Positions 17,966 through 26,779 of a stretch of 64,000 bases of DNA are shown piece by piece. Below the pieces are notes generated by a model. The model was not told where the DNA came from and ran no database searches. It saw nothing but the letters and a program-made list of their open reading frames with translations. Location of the stretch: sequence record LT603033.1; one strand, written 5' to 3'. Made by a program: the position numbers and the translations under genes. Position 1 is the first letter of the stretch. Each line of letters starts with the position of its first letter.

Positions 17966-18040
17966 ATCAGGACGGGGAACGAAATAAGTAACTCCCCATT
18001 AAGTAGCCCAGGAGTAAGGCACACGAAAAACTCCCCTGAT
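17966..18040 (+). ncRNA. candidate structured RNA, family R2
   Basis: ATCAGG/CCTGAT closing stem, GGGGA/TCCCC and GGAGT/ACTCC hairpins; promoter upstream, next promoter directly downstream. Confidence 0.55.
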
Positions 18041-18108
18041 AAAATAGTTTGAAAATTGTTTTTAAAAGCGTATAATACTTACATCAACTACTGAATGAGG
18101 GTTACAAA

Positions 18109-18720
18109 ATGAAAACTATCACTACTACTACTTTCGTTATGGATTTTTCTGAATTGAACGCAGAACAAAAAACGTCAGCTATCGAACTGGTTCGGGAACG
18201 TGAAAAAAACTCAAACGACAATTATTTTTCTGAAAGTGAAATTGAATACTATAAAGAAACAGTACTACCGGAATATGGCATTAATGACGCTGAAATACAA
18301 TTCAGTGGTTTTTGGTCCCAGGGTGACGGTGCATCAATCAGTACTGACCACGTTGACGCAGTGAAGTTTTTACGCAAGGTAAGAGCATTAACTAAGTATC
18401 GCTCAATCCGTCACCTGCTGAATGAAGATGATTTGGCGATGAGTGTAAAGCGTTCTCACTCTCACTACTCGCATGAGAACACTGTAAGCGGGTACATTGA
18501 ATCGGCTTACACTGATTTAACCGCAAAACAAGAAACGTTAGTTAATGAGCTTGAGGAACTACTCACTGAAACTATTCGTGAATTGTCACGCAAGTTGTAC
18601 CGTGATTTAGAGAATGCATATGAGGATCAATTCACTACTGAAAACATCGTAGCACTGATTGAGGGTAACGAGTATCAATTCAATGTTATTGATGGCGTAG
18701 TAGAATCAATCGAATATTAA
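18109..18720 (+). CDS. acidic phage protein with FSGFWSQGDGAS motif
   Basis: 203 aa; motif recalled from a phage family often auto-annotated as antitoxin; function unverified. Confidence 0.7.
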   Translation: MKTITTTTFVMDFSELNAEQKTSAIELVREREKNSNDNYFSESEIEYYKETVLPEYGINDAEIQFSGFWSQGDGASISTDHVDAVKFLRKVRALTKYRSIRHLLNEDDLAMSVKRSHSHYSHENTVSGYIESAYTDLTAKQETLVNELEELLTETIRELSRKLYRDLENAYEDQFTTENIVALIEGNEYQFNVIDGVVESIEY

Positions 18721-18812
18721 TTCAAAAAGTACTGGACACTAAGCAATAAAGGCGTATAATACTTTATATCGAGAGCGGGAATAGTTCCCGCTACTAATGA
18801 GGAATACTACAA

Positions 18813-18977
18813 ATGAATACTTTTACCTTCGCTCAATTGAACGCCCTGGATGTATTGTCTGATGCTTTGCGGGATGCAACTGAAAGCGGTTTATTTGACA
18901 ATGTTGACATTCACCCTGATGTAATTAATAATTTTTGTGATGCTATCGCAGAAGTACTGGAAGATCTAAAAAAATAA
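18813..18977 (+). CDS. small acidic hypothetical protein (54 aa)
   Basis: GAGGA RBS, own promoter and hairpin; not in track. Confidence 0.65.
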   Translation: MNTFTFAQLNALDVLSDALRDATESGLFDNVDIHPDVINNFCDAIAEVLEDLKK

Positions 18978-18987
18978 TAGAAAGTAC

Positions 18988-19015
18988 TTGCAATTAGTTT
19001 TTAGTACTGTATAAT
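18988..19015 (+). promoter_or_regulatory. early sigma70 promoter
   Basis: TTGCAA-16-TATAAT with AGTACT in the spacer. Confidence 0.8.
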
Positions 19016-19065
19016 AGTTTACATAGAGGGGAGAAATGGTTCTCCCTGGTAATGAGGAAAATAAA

Positions 19066-19287
19066 ATGGCTAATATCACTACTCTTTCTCAACTGGAAGC
19101 ACTGGTTAAATCTATGCGGGAACATGCAGACAATATCGGCGTAAAAGATCCAGCCGTTTGCTTCTGCGACGAAATGAATGATGATACACTGGTAATAGCA
19201 GAAGTACAAGATATTTCTAACTATTCATCGCGTTACACTGGCGGCGTAGCAAATAAAGGTGACTTCTGTTTATACCTTACCAAATAA
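19066..19287 (+). CDS. hypothetical early protein
   Basis: Start trimmed to MANITTL; GAGGA RBS. Confidence 0.75.
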   Translation: MANITTLSQLEALVKSMREHADNIGVKDPAVCFCDEMNDDTLVIAEVQDISNYSSRYTGGVANKGDFCLYLTK

Positions 19288-19334
19288 CAACGCGGGGAGA
19301 TAATAACTCCCCGTTACTTTTTCAGTACTGAATC

Positions 19335-19387
19335 ATTTAATAGACGGATCTCGGCACCCTGTGGGTTAGTGACTGTATCGTCTTTAT
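19335..19387 (-). ncRNA. candidate R1 element (antisense)
   Basis: Minus-strand TTGACA-17-CATAAT; GAC-GATACA-GTC hairpin; AACCCACAGGGTGC at 19354-19367. Confidence 0.5.
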
Positions 19388-19529
19388 GTAGTAATTATGC
19401 CAGTACTGGATGCACTTGTCAACAACTATTTTTCAAATACTTTTTATTAAAATACTTGCTAATAGTTTTTAAACGCGTATAATGTTTTGCATAGGGGAGC
19501 GGTTCCCCTGGTAACTAAGGAATAAGAAA

Positions 19530-19766
19530 ATGCTTGAACAAATCAAATCAACGTCTGCTAATGTAACGGGAACGGTATCACACTTTATTGGTGATGAATC
19601 GCGGGGCGTTCCCTATTGTGCTGTACATGTAAACACTGAGGGTAACTACTGGTTTACGGTTTACGGATCATATTCATTTGGACGGCCAGGGCATCAAAAA
19701 ATTCTGGATAAAGTACAACCAACGGGTAAAAATATCACTGCCGAAATGTTTTATAAAAAATCATAA
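19530..19766 (+). CDS. hypothetical early protein
   Basis: AAGGA RBS, promoter, hairpin. Confidence 0.75.
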   Translation: MLEQIKSTSANVTGTVSHFIGDESRGVPYCAVHVNTEGNYWFTVYGSYSFGRPGHQKILDKVQPTGKNITAEMFYKKS

Positions 19767-19850
19767 AGTACTTGATAATAGTTTTTAGTACTGTACAATA
19801 TTTTACATCGCACGGGGGAGCGGTTCCCCCTGGTAACTAAGGATAATCAA

Positions 19851-20150
19851 ATGAAAATTGCAATCATCGCCCTGGCTTTATCTGTTTCCTCTTTCGCTGT
19901 TAACGCGTCGTTAGATGTACCTAGTGAAAAATTCATTCAGTGTACTGTTGCGATGACAGATGAAAGTACTGGCGAGATTGTTTTAAAGGATTTAGAGATC
20001 CAGTCAGAAGCATTTAAAAGCGGCCCGTTCCATGAAGAAGACGAAAAAGGTAGCACGACAATTTATTACGATGTAAGTACTAAGCGTGGATCGGTCACGG
20101 TTATGGATACTGAGAAAGTAACGCACACCGGAGTAATTAACTGTTTATAA
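19851..20150 (+). CDS. putative exported protein
   Basis: Sec-type signal MKIAIIALALSVSSFAVNA; acidic mature part with 2 Cys. Confidence 0.7.
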   Translation: MKIAIIALALSVSSFAVNASLDVPSEKFIQCTVAMTDESTGEIVLKDLEIQSEAFKSGPFHEEDEKGSTTIYYDVSTKRGSVTVMDTEKVTHTGVINCL

Positions 20151-20167
20151 TATAGTACTGAATCACT

Positions 20168-20195
20168 AGCCCACCTTAAACAGTGGGCTTTTTTG
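20168..20195 (+). terminator. Rho-independent terminator
   Basis: AGCCCAC-CTTAAACA-GTGGGCT-TTTTT; identical copy at about 20894. Confidence 0.8.
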
Positions 20196-20273
20196 TTTTG
20201 TAGTACTGCATACTTTAAAAATAGTTTTAAAAAAGTAGTTGACATTACCACAAAAAGGCGTAGAATGTATTAC

Positions 20274-20335
20274 ATCAAGACGGGGAGCACTAAGTAGACC
20301 GCCAGTAAGTCGAACGAAAAACTGGACACGTCGAT
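20274..20335 (+). ncRNA. candidate R2 structured RNA (short variant)
   Basis: Same TAAGTAG linker and 14-nt AAGNCRNANGAAAA loop, closed by CCAGT/ACTGG; promoter TTGACA-16-TAGAAT at 20239-20266. Confidence 0.45.
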
Positions 20336-20389
20336 AAAACTTTGATACACTAATAAACGTAAACTAAACTTTAATTGAGGATTTATAAA

Positions 20390-20872
20390 ATGGCTAATGT
20401 AAAATCATTCCTGAAAGCACTGATTTCAAACGATACTGTTATTGCTGCTGAATTGCTGGCTGAACTGGATAACGATACAATGAAAGCGGTACGCAACAAT
20501 TTTAACATTGCGTACAGTGAAGCTAAAGAACTGCAAGCCAAAAAGGTAGCAGAACTGGAAGAACAGAAAAAAGCCCGTGAAGCAGAACTACAAGCAACAA
20601 TTGAAAGTATTCAGGCGGCAGTGTCTGGATTGGATCTGGAAGTGGTTGTAGAAATGGCACATAAAGCCCTGGCGGTTAAGTACGGTGAAGATAAGCCGGA
20701 ATCTAAACCTAAAAAATGGATTCAAGAACGTGTTACTGTAGTACTTGATAACGGTGAAGAACATTTGATTCCTGTACGCGGTAACTGCATTGCGGTAGTA
20801 CTGGACGCTATCAAAGAAAGCGGTATGACTCGCGAGGAATGGATCGAAGCTCATCGCAAAGTTGAAGCATAA
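20390..20872 (+). CDS. H-NS-like nucleoid protein
   Basis: Coiled-coil N-half; C-terminus VVLDNGEEHLIPVRGNCIAVVLDAIKESGMTREEWI aligns by eye with E. coli H-NS [36 protein letters not shown]. Confidence 0.6.
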   Translation: MANVKSFLKALISNDTVIAAELLAELDNDTMKAVRNNFNIAYSEAKELQAKKVAELEEQKKAREAELQATIESIQAAVSGLDLEVVVEMAHKALAVKYGEDKPESKPKKWIQERVTVVLDNGEEHLIPVRGNCIAVVLDAIKESGMTREEWIEAHRKVEA

Positions 20873-20893
20873 CAATTAAAGTACTGAATCAAT

Positions 20894-20920
20894 AGCCCAC
20901 CTTAAACAGTGGGCTTTTTT
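20894..20920 (+). terminator. Rho-independent terminator
   Basis: AGCCCAC-CTTAAACA-GTGGGCT-TTTTT. Confidence 0.8.
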
Positions 20921-21156
20921 GTGTCTATAGTATTCCAGTCCACTAGCACCGCCTAGAATCGATTCTAACGCATTAAACTGATTATCTGATACATCGCCCT
21001 AGCTGGTGGCGTTAAGGTCGTTAGAAAGCGATTGAGAGTGTTTAAAGTATTTTGCAAAAAGTAATAAAAAGTACTTGCATGATTAAGAGATTAGCGTATA
21101 ATGTTTTACATCGAAAGGGGAAACGGTTCTCCTTCCAAATCAAAGGAATCAAAACA

Positions 21157-21384
21157 ATGGCTATTATCATTACTCGCGTATCTGGTACTACTGGCAATTC
21201 TTCTACTGTTGCAGTCATTACTAACAAGGCAGGTGCGGAATTGCAAAATGCAATGAATACCTGGGCCGTTAATGAGTTCGGTCAGTGGGCAAGTGTAGCA
21301 TACATTGAAACCTATCAAGTGCCGACCATTAGTTTAACGGATCTTGGTGTGGAACGTATCCTTTGCTTGGATGAATTAAATTAA
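21157..21384 (+). CDS. hypothetical early protein
   Basis: Start trimmed to MAIIITR; AAGGA RBS. Confidence 0.75.
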   Translation: MAIIITRVSGTTGNSSTVAVITNKAGAELQNAMNTWAVNEFGQWASVAYIETYQVPTISLTDLGVERILCLDELN

Positions 21385-21469
21385 AAAAGTACTTGCAAAG
21401 TAAATCGAATAAAGTATAATACATTACATCAAGGGGAGAAATGATTCTCCCCACTACAAGGAAACTAAT

Positions 21470-21613
21470 ATGAAAACTTGTCAATGTGGTAAAAAATCTA
21501 TTACTGGTTTAAAGCGGGGCGTTGCTCTTTGCCAGTACCATTATAATTTACAAGTATGGGGTAAAGAATGGGCCGACCAGGTGGAAGCAATTAAGAAAGC
21601 AAAAAGTAAGTAA
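21470..21613 (+). CDS. small Cys/His (putative Zn-binding) protein, 47 aa
   Basis: CQC...CQYH; own promoter TTGCAA-16-TATAAT at 21393-21420. Confidence 0.6.
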   Translation: MKTCQCGKKSITGLKRGVALCQYHYNLQVWGKEWADQVEAIKKAKSK

Positions 21614-21702
21614 AAATATTATCACAGTACTATTGACATAGTTTGATAGTACTGGCATAATAGATTTTATCAAGACAACATATTAATTTAAGGAATACTA
21701 AA

Positions 21703-22026
21703 ATGGCTAAAACTATCATTAACACCGTTTCCCTGGCTGCAATCCGTGCAATCAATGTTGACGGTAAACGTTGGACTGATTCATATGGCAATACTTATCA
21801 TTCTTGTCATGTAAGCGTCGAACTGGATAACGGTTTGAATGTTCTGGCGGTTGAATCATTTACTTATGGCTATGAAGATGCATATCAACAAACGGCGTTA
21901 GATCTATTAAAGGAATCAGTAGACGGGCTTAATACTGATGAAACCTCCCTTACTCGTTTGTGCAATGATCTTAATATCCCGTTGCATTGTACTGTACAGA
22001 ATGTTAAACGCAAAAAAGATCTTTAA
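21703..22026 (+). CDS. hypothetical early protein, paralog of 28137-28460
   Basis: Shared RWTDSxGNTYHSC and FTYGY motifs, ends VKRKKD. Confidence 0.8.
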   Translation: MAKTIINTVSLAAIRAINVDGKRWTDSYGNTYHSCHVSVELDNGLNVLAVESFTYGYEDAYQQTALDLLKESVDGLNTDETSLTRLCNDLNIPLHCTVQNVKRKKDL

Positions 22027-22106
22027 TTAGCTTTACTTTATGCAGATACTTTGATATAGTGTCTGCATAGGGGAAAGAAATTAAATTAACTTAAGAGGAT
22101 CGTATA

Positions 22107-22376
22107 ATGAAAAATATCAGTACTTTAATCGATGCAGGTACACATGTTCGGCGGTCTATGGTTGCAACCAGTACTACAAAACAAGTAGCAAGCGGTTATC
22201 TTGTATTTGTGCACGATGGTAAACTCCTGGAACGTTCAATCAATTTTGATGTTAAAAACAATTGCCGTTTTATTATCTTTAAGCGTGAACAATATAAAAT
22301 TGATTTGCCAGCGAAGCCCATTAGCGGGGCGTACAACGTGCAATCATTGTTTGAGCGTCAACCATACACCTATTGA
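22107..22376 (+). CDS. hypothetical early protein
   Basis: GAGGA RBS. Confidence 0.7.
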   Translation: MKNISTLIDAGTHVRRSMVATSTTKQVASGYLVFVHDGKLLERSINFDVKNNCRFIIFKREQYKIDLPAKPISGAYNVQSLFERQPYTY

Positions 22377-22427
22377 TCAAATCATCGTTAGTGGTCGATT
22401 TAGGCCGCTTATATTGGGGATTATACC

Positions 22428-22700
22428 ATGAACGTTAATCAAGTACTAAATGAAGTTGAAAGCATCATTAAACCAATGAAACGTATTGATGCAATGCTAA
22501 CACCGGAAGAATGCCGCCTTTATGAGCGTTACAGCGTCGAACAAGTCCAGGCGATGGCTATGGCTACCCCTGCCGTTAAACAGCCTGAGAATGCGTTACA
22601 GGACGTTACAGGGGATTATATCATTAATCCAGTACTAGGGAAGATTACACCAATCACCGAAGAAGAAAAAGACTACTTAAGCCAGTACTTAAAAGGTTAA
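22428..22700 (+). CDS. hypothetical protein
   Basis: GGGGA RBS. Confidence 0.65.
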   Translation: MNVNQVLNEVESIIKPMKRIDAMLTPEECRLYERYSVEQVQAMAMATPAVKQPENALQDVTGDYIINPVLGKITPITEEEKDYLSQYLKG

Positions 22701-22705
22701 TTAAT

Positions 22706-22915
22706 ATGCTTACTGTACAGGATAAGATCGACATCTTAAAGGTTAATATGTATGTGATTGATGCAGATCCTGAAAAAGTATTTGCATACGATGATTCTAA
22801 TCGTAGTCCTTTTTATTGTAGTCATGTAGTTGGATACGTGCCGTTAGCGTATGTTATCGAAAGAGTGGTTGATTCAGCATACAAACATTTTTTAGAAAAT
22901 AATACTTGCAATTAG
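22706..22915 (+). CDS. hypothetical protein
   Basis: Follows the previous gene closely. Confidence 0.65.
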   Translation: MLTVQDKIDILKVNMYVIDADPEKVFAYDDSNRSPFYCSHVVGYVPLAYVIERVVDSAYKHFLENNTCN

Positions 22916-22984
22916 TTTTTAGTACTGTATAATAGTTTACATGAAGTGGAGAAATAGTTCTCCCCACTAATTAAGGAATATGAA

Positions 22985-23131
22985 ATGAAAGCATCAAAAA
23001 AGAGTACTAATAAGAAAGCACGTTCAACTTTAGATGGGGTATTCCCTTTGCGTTTTGTGGATGAAGTGGTTTCCTACCCGCTGGGGCTTACTCCTGAGAT
23101 GGTAGAAAGTTTACGTAAATCTAAAAAATAA
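22985..23131 (+). CDS. small basic hypothetical protein (48 aa)
   Basis: Own promoter, hairpin and AAGGA RBS. Confidence 0.55.
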   Translation: MKASKKSTNKKARSTLDGVFPLRFVDEVVSYPLGLTPEMVESLRKSKK

Positions 23132-23212
23132 TACTTGCAATTAGTTTTTAGTACTGTATAATAGTTTACATGAAGGGGAGAAATGATTCTCCCCAAGAAC
23201 AGGAGAAATAAA

Positions 23213-23365
23213 ATGAAACAATATAATGCTCGGTTTGATGTTACTATCGGTAACGGTAAAGGTCAATTTTCTTTCAGTACTCGACGCAGTTATACAGAAA
23301 ACTTCCTGCGTAATTGTGCACTGACCGCCGCTCAAATTAAACATTATTTTCAGGCTAAAAAATGA
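23213..23365 (+). CDS. small hypothetical protein
   Basis: Start trimmed to MKQYNARF; AGGAG RBS. Confidence 0.65.
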   Translation: MKQYNARFDVTIGNGKGQFSFSTRRSYTENFLRNCALTAAQIKHYFQAKK

Positions 23366-23451
23366 AATCATTAGCTTATTACAGTTCGGCCCTGGTCGTT
23401 GCATTGATCGCGGCGTTGTTAGTAACCTATCTATTCTTTATGGTGATTTAA
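23362..23451 (+). CDS. small membrane peptide (29 aa)
   Basis: ATGA overlap; SSALVVALIAALLVTYLFFMVI. Confidence 0.45.
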   Translation: MKSLAYYSSALVVALIAALLVTYLFFMVI

Positions 23452-23589
23452 ATGAATCCTAACGGTATAATTTACAGTACTCCTAAAACGAAAGCAGACA
23501 AGGTAAACGCTAAAAAAGCGAAAGTAAAGGAGTACATCAAGCAAGGCATGACGCGAAAGGCGGCGATTCTAAAAGCTAAAAATAAATGA
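23452..23589 (+). CDS. small Lys-rich protein (45 aa)
   Basis: Adjacent to the upstream stop; KTKADKVNAKKAKVKEYIKQG. Confidence 0.5.
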   Translation: MNPNGIIYSTPKTKADKVNAKKAKVKEYIKQGMTRKAAILKAKNK

Positions 23590-23591
23590 AA

Positions 23592-23627
23592 AAAGTGGTT
23601 GACTTCGGTCAGCCATTTTGCTATTAT
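23592..23627 (+). promoter_or_regulatory. composite terminator hairpin / promoter
   Basis: AAAAGTGGTTGAC-TTCG-GTCAGCCATTTT hairpin contains -35 TTGACT, then 17 nt to TATTAT. Confidence 0.7.
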
Positions 23628-23633
23628 ATATTC

Positions 23634-23682
23634 ATTGAGAGATAGCTCACTAGCCCACAGGGTGCAGGAGTGTATCTATTGT
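23634..23682 (+). ncRNA. candidate R1 element
   Basis: TGAG-AGATAG-CTCA hairpin; AGCCCACAGGGTGC at 23652-23665. Confidence 0.5.
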
Positions 23683-23800
23683 ATAATGTTTGAGTACTGA
23701 AAACTATTTTTAAAAAAGTACTTGAAAACTATCTCAATTGGCGTATAATGTTTTACATCGCAAGGGGAAACGGTTTCCCCTGGTAATAAGGAAACGAATC

Positions 23801-24142
23801 ATGACTATCTCAATTGCTCAATCTAACTTTGAAAATGAAATCATCGCCCAGGTACTGCGTTTAAATGATGGTCGGGCCGAAATTAATTACGGTTTCAATT
23901 CAGGCGGTTGTGAAAACTATCAGTACTTTGTAACGGCTGATGGCGGTGTCCTGGGCATCAATACAGTTATTGTAAACATCCAAAAAATTAATTTCAATGA
24001 TCCAGACGATAGCCAGTTTTACATCACTGGCGTAGACGTGAACTATGAGGATGACTCACTAACTGATGATTACACTGGTGAGCGGTTAGAAAGTGCTTAT
24101 GGTGAAGATGATTATCAGTCAGTACCGGAAGATTTCGAATAA
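23801..24142 (+). CDS. acidic hypothetical early protein
   Basis: Start trimmed to MTISIAQ; D/E-rich C-terminus. Confidence 0.75.
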   Translation: MTISIAQSNFENEIIAQVLRLNDGRAEINYGFNSGGCENYQYFVTADGGVLGINTVIVNIQKINFNDPDDSQFYITGVDVNYEDDSLTDDYTGERLESAYGEDDYQSVPEDFE

Positions 24143-24234
24143 TATAAAAAATAGTTTGACAATAGATTATAGTACTGTATAATAGTTTACATCAAGGGGA
24201 GAATAGTTCTCCCCACTAACAGAGAAAAAACAAA

Positions 24235-24447
24235 ATGGCTAATATCCGCACTGTACTGAAAAATGCAAAACAAGTTTTATTTTCTGATCATGATACTTTC
24301 AACAAGGATATTACTGGCGTTCGGAATATCAAAGATGTAAAAAGTGTTATGGGTATCTATTGCAATATGAAACGTGTTGGAACGTTCGGCGACAAAGTAC
24401 TATACCAGGCAGGGGATTACAATTTTACACTGACTATCATTAACTAA
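24235..24447 (+). CDS. hypothetical early protein
   Basis: Promoter TTGACA-16-TATAAT at 24156-24183, hairpin. Confidence 0.75.
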   Translation: MANIRTVLKNAKQVLFSDHDTFNKDITGVRNIKDVKSVMGIYCNMKRVGTFGDKVLYQAGDYNFTLTIIN

Positions 24448-24530
24448 AAATATTATCACAGTACTATTGACATAGTTTGATAGTACTGACATAATAAGTT
24501 TTATCAACTACACTACTAAGGAATTAAAAA

Positions 24531-24710
24531 ATGGCTATCATCGCAAAAACTGAAATCATCGGCCTGGATTCTATCATCATGACGTTTGAAGATCAAAAAG
24601 GTATGTATGTGGTTTCCTATGGTGATTATGTTCGGGAGTATGAAACGGTAGACGAAGCCTTTGAAAGTTACATTCGCCAGGTGAATAAAGCATACGACGA
24701 CTACCGCTAA
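24531..24710 (+). CDS. small acidic hypothetical protein (59 aa)
   Basis: AAGGA RBS, own promoter; not in track. Confidence 0.65.
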   Translation: MAIIAKTEIIGLDSIIMTFEDQKGMYVVSYGDYVREYETVDEAFESYIRQVNKAYDDYR

Positions 24711-24809
24711 AATATATTACCAGTACTATTAAAGATATTGACAACGTTTGATAGTACTGTATAATAAGTTTTATCAACAGTAGTTAACTTAACCTAAGAG
24801 AGAAACAAA

Positions 24810-24953
24810 ATGATCGCACTGGATTCATTCATCGACGCAGTACTGGCAAAAACTGGCGAGGATCTGACCGCAGAACAATACGCAATGATCGAGCAATGCC
24901 AGCAAGACGGTAAATCGGTGAAAGATACTGTTAAGATTATCCGCAAGATGTAA
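24810..24953 (+). CDS. small hypothetical protein (47 aa)
   Basis: GAGAG RBS, own promoter, terminator at about 24960-24988. Confidence 0.6.
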   Translation: MIALDSFIDAVLAKTGEDLTAEQYAMIEQCQQDGKSVKDTVKIIRKM

Positions 24954-25058
24954 GATTATAGCCCACTGGTTAACGCTGGTGGGCTTTAATTCATTACCCT
25001 ATACAATGCCAGTACTAAACCGTTTATCTCCTTAGAATGCGTTACAGGACGTTTGACA

Positions 25059-25256
25059 ATGATTAGCATGAAATCAGTACAAAAACAAATAGAAACATTA
25101 TCAAAAATTAAACGTAAACAGTACTCGTTAGAATATACAATCAATGGTAACTATCATCTAATGAAAGAGAATAATTTCATTGTCATTGATGAATCATTGC
25201 AAATCATTAGTATAGTACTGAAAGCATTAATCAATGACAGAAAAAAATTAAAATAA
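25059..25256 (+). CDS. hypothetical protein
   Basis: ORF with AGGA upstream. Confidence 0.55.
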   Translation: MISMKSVQKQIETLSKIKRKQYSLEYTINGNYHLMKENNFIVIDESLQIISIVLKALINDRKKLK

Positions 25257-25295
25257 TATATTGACAATATCCTCCAGTACTGGCATAATACTTAC

Positions 25296-25345
25296 ATCAA
25301 GACGAGAACGTCACTAACCCATAGGGTGCACAAATGTAACTGTAT
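25296..25345 (+). ncRNA. candidate R1 element
   Basis: TTGACA-17-CATAAT at 25261-25289; GACG-AGAA-CGTC hairpin; AACCCATAGGGTGC at 25316-25329. Confidence 0.5.
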
Positions 25346-25587
25346 AATATTGATCAAAAAATGATCTGATCAATACTTGATCAATTTGCGTAAAGTAGTA
25401 TAATTCTATGCAGTTGGTTAGACGAAAGGTTATGATTAGTAGTGCAAGTGTATAAAAATTTTCATGGTGTATCGTTTCGCACATATGGGGATGAATATGT
25501 GGTATCATGTGGATTGGAAAAAGTAAGAACAAGTAATATTATTGTCGCATTACAGTACTATAGTATTTTTATAATGAGGTTAAAATA

Positions 25588-25845
25588 ATGGCTGTAGGAT
25601 TCGCGAAAGATGGGGCCGAACAAGACGAGATTAACGCAGTGATTCAGGCCGCCGTTAACCACGCTAGAAAGCAAATTAACGCACAAATAGAATCACTGAT
25701 ACATTGCCTCGACTGCGGCGATATAATCCCTGAGAAACGACGCCAGGCCGTTAAGGGGTGTAAGTACTGCATAACTTGCCAGGAGGATCATGATAGTACT
25801 TTTAAACGTCCCCCGCGTAATTGTTGGCATAGATCTATGAGATAA
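25588..25845 (+). CDS. DksA/TraR-family C4 zinc-finger protein (YbiI-like)
   Basis: MAVGFAKDGAEQDEI...CLDCGDIIPEKRRQAVKGCKYCITCQ: canonical TraR/YbiI pattern. Confidence 0.9.
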   Translation: MAVGFAKDGAEQDEINAVIQAAVNHARKQINAQIESLIHCLDCGDIIPEKRRQAVKGCKYCITCQEDHDSTFKRPPRNCWHRSMR

Positions 25846-25920
25846 AAAGTATTGACAGTACTATCCAGTAGTGTTATAGTACTTACATCAAGGGGAAACA
25901 TCTTCCCCTACTAAGAGGAA

Positions 25921-26115
25921 ATGAAAATGGAAAACTTATCAAGTATTTTAGTACAAGATGATTTCGGTAATCCTGGAAGTGCTATCATTGTTCGGGGTAA
26001 TAAAGCAACATTTGTTATTGCTGGTGGACCTGTACAGCGTAGCATTAAAAATAATGCTGTTACCATTAATAATGTACGCTATCGCTTAGATAAAGAATTG
26101 ATTCATAAACTGTAA
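25921..26115 (+). CDS. hypothetical early protein
   Basis: Promoter at 25852-25880, hairpin, GAGGA RBS. Confidence 0.7.
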   Translation: MKMENLSSILVQDDFGNPGSAIIVRGNKATFVIAGGPVQRSIKNNAVTINNVRYRLDKELIHKL

Positions 26116-26142
26116 TATTAATTTAATAGAGGATAACAATAA

Positions 26143-26466
26143 ATGTACATTCATACTACTATCACAAAGGAAGTCCGTTGCCAGTTCGAAAGTATTCCGG
26201 GCGTATGTTTCATCACTGGTACGTTTTCCCCTGGTGATCGTGATAATCCAGTACTGTTACAATTACGCCATCCATCATGGGATAAAGCATTTGATCTACC
26301 GTTGAATGAATTCGCAACTACTGCTGAAAAGTACATTAAAAATATTCGCGAGAATGATCGACTATTCATTAATGCTTTTAGTGATTCCGCGTTAAGCGAG
26401 ATCCACGGCGTATTGGTTGCAATCATGGAATCAATGGAGAAAACTAAATTCAAACAAGGTGAATAA
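26143..26466 (+). CDS. hypothetical protein
   Basis: GAGGA RBS. Confidence 0.75.
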   Translation: MYIHTTITKEVRCQFESIPGVCFITGTFSPGDRDNPVLLQLRHPSWDKAFDLPLNEFATTAEKYIKNIRENDRLFINAFSDSALSEIHGVLVAIMESMEKTKFKQGE

Positions 26467-26549
26467 AAACTATTGACAAGATAATCTAGTACTGTATAAT
26501 AAGTTACATGAAGGGGAGAAATGATTCTCCCCACTAAGAGGAAAGAAAA

Positions 26550-26762
26550 ATGCAAGGTCAACTAATCGTTCGTAAATGGTCTGATACTAACGAAAAACCG
26601 TGGGATGTACAATACATCGGACCGGATGGGGTATCACGTTATCAGCCAGGCGTAACGCATAGTACTGAGCAATATGCCGCCGCTCACCGCGAACGCCTGT
26701 TAGAATCCATGAAACAGGGATTCTGTGAAAAATTCATTCAAGATCATTGGCTGAAAGATTAA
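26550..26762 (+). CDS. hypothetical early protein
   Basis: Promoter TTGACA-16-TATAAT at 26473-26500. Confidence 0.75.
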   Translation: MQGQLIVRKWSDTNEKPWDVQYIGPDGVSRYQPGVTHSTEQYAAAHRERLLESMKQGFCEKFIQDHWLKD

Positions 26763-26779
26763 TAGAAGGAGTACAGCTT

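Noticed and set aside
17966-18040. Hammerhead ribozyme (CUGAU and GAAA present in R2)
   Set aside because: CUGAUAA lacks the CUGANGA core, and the order and stem II geometry do not fit.
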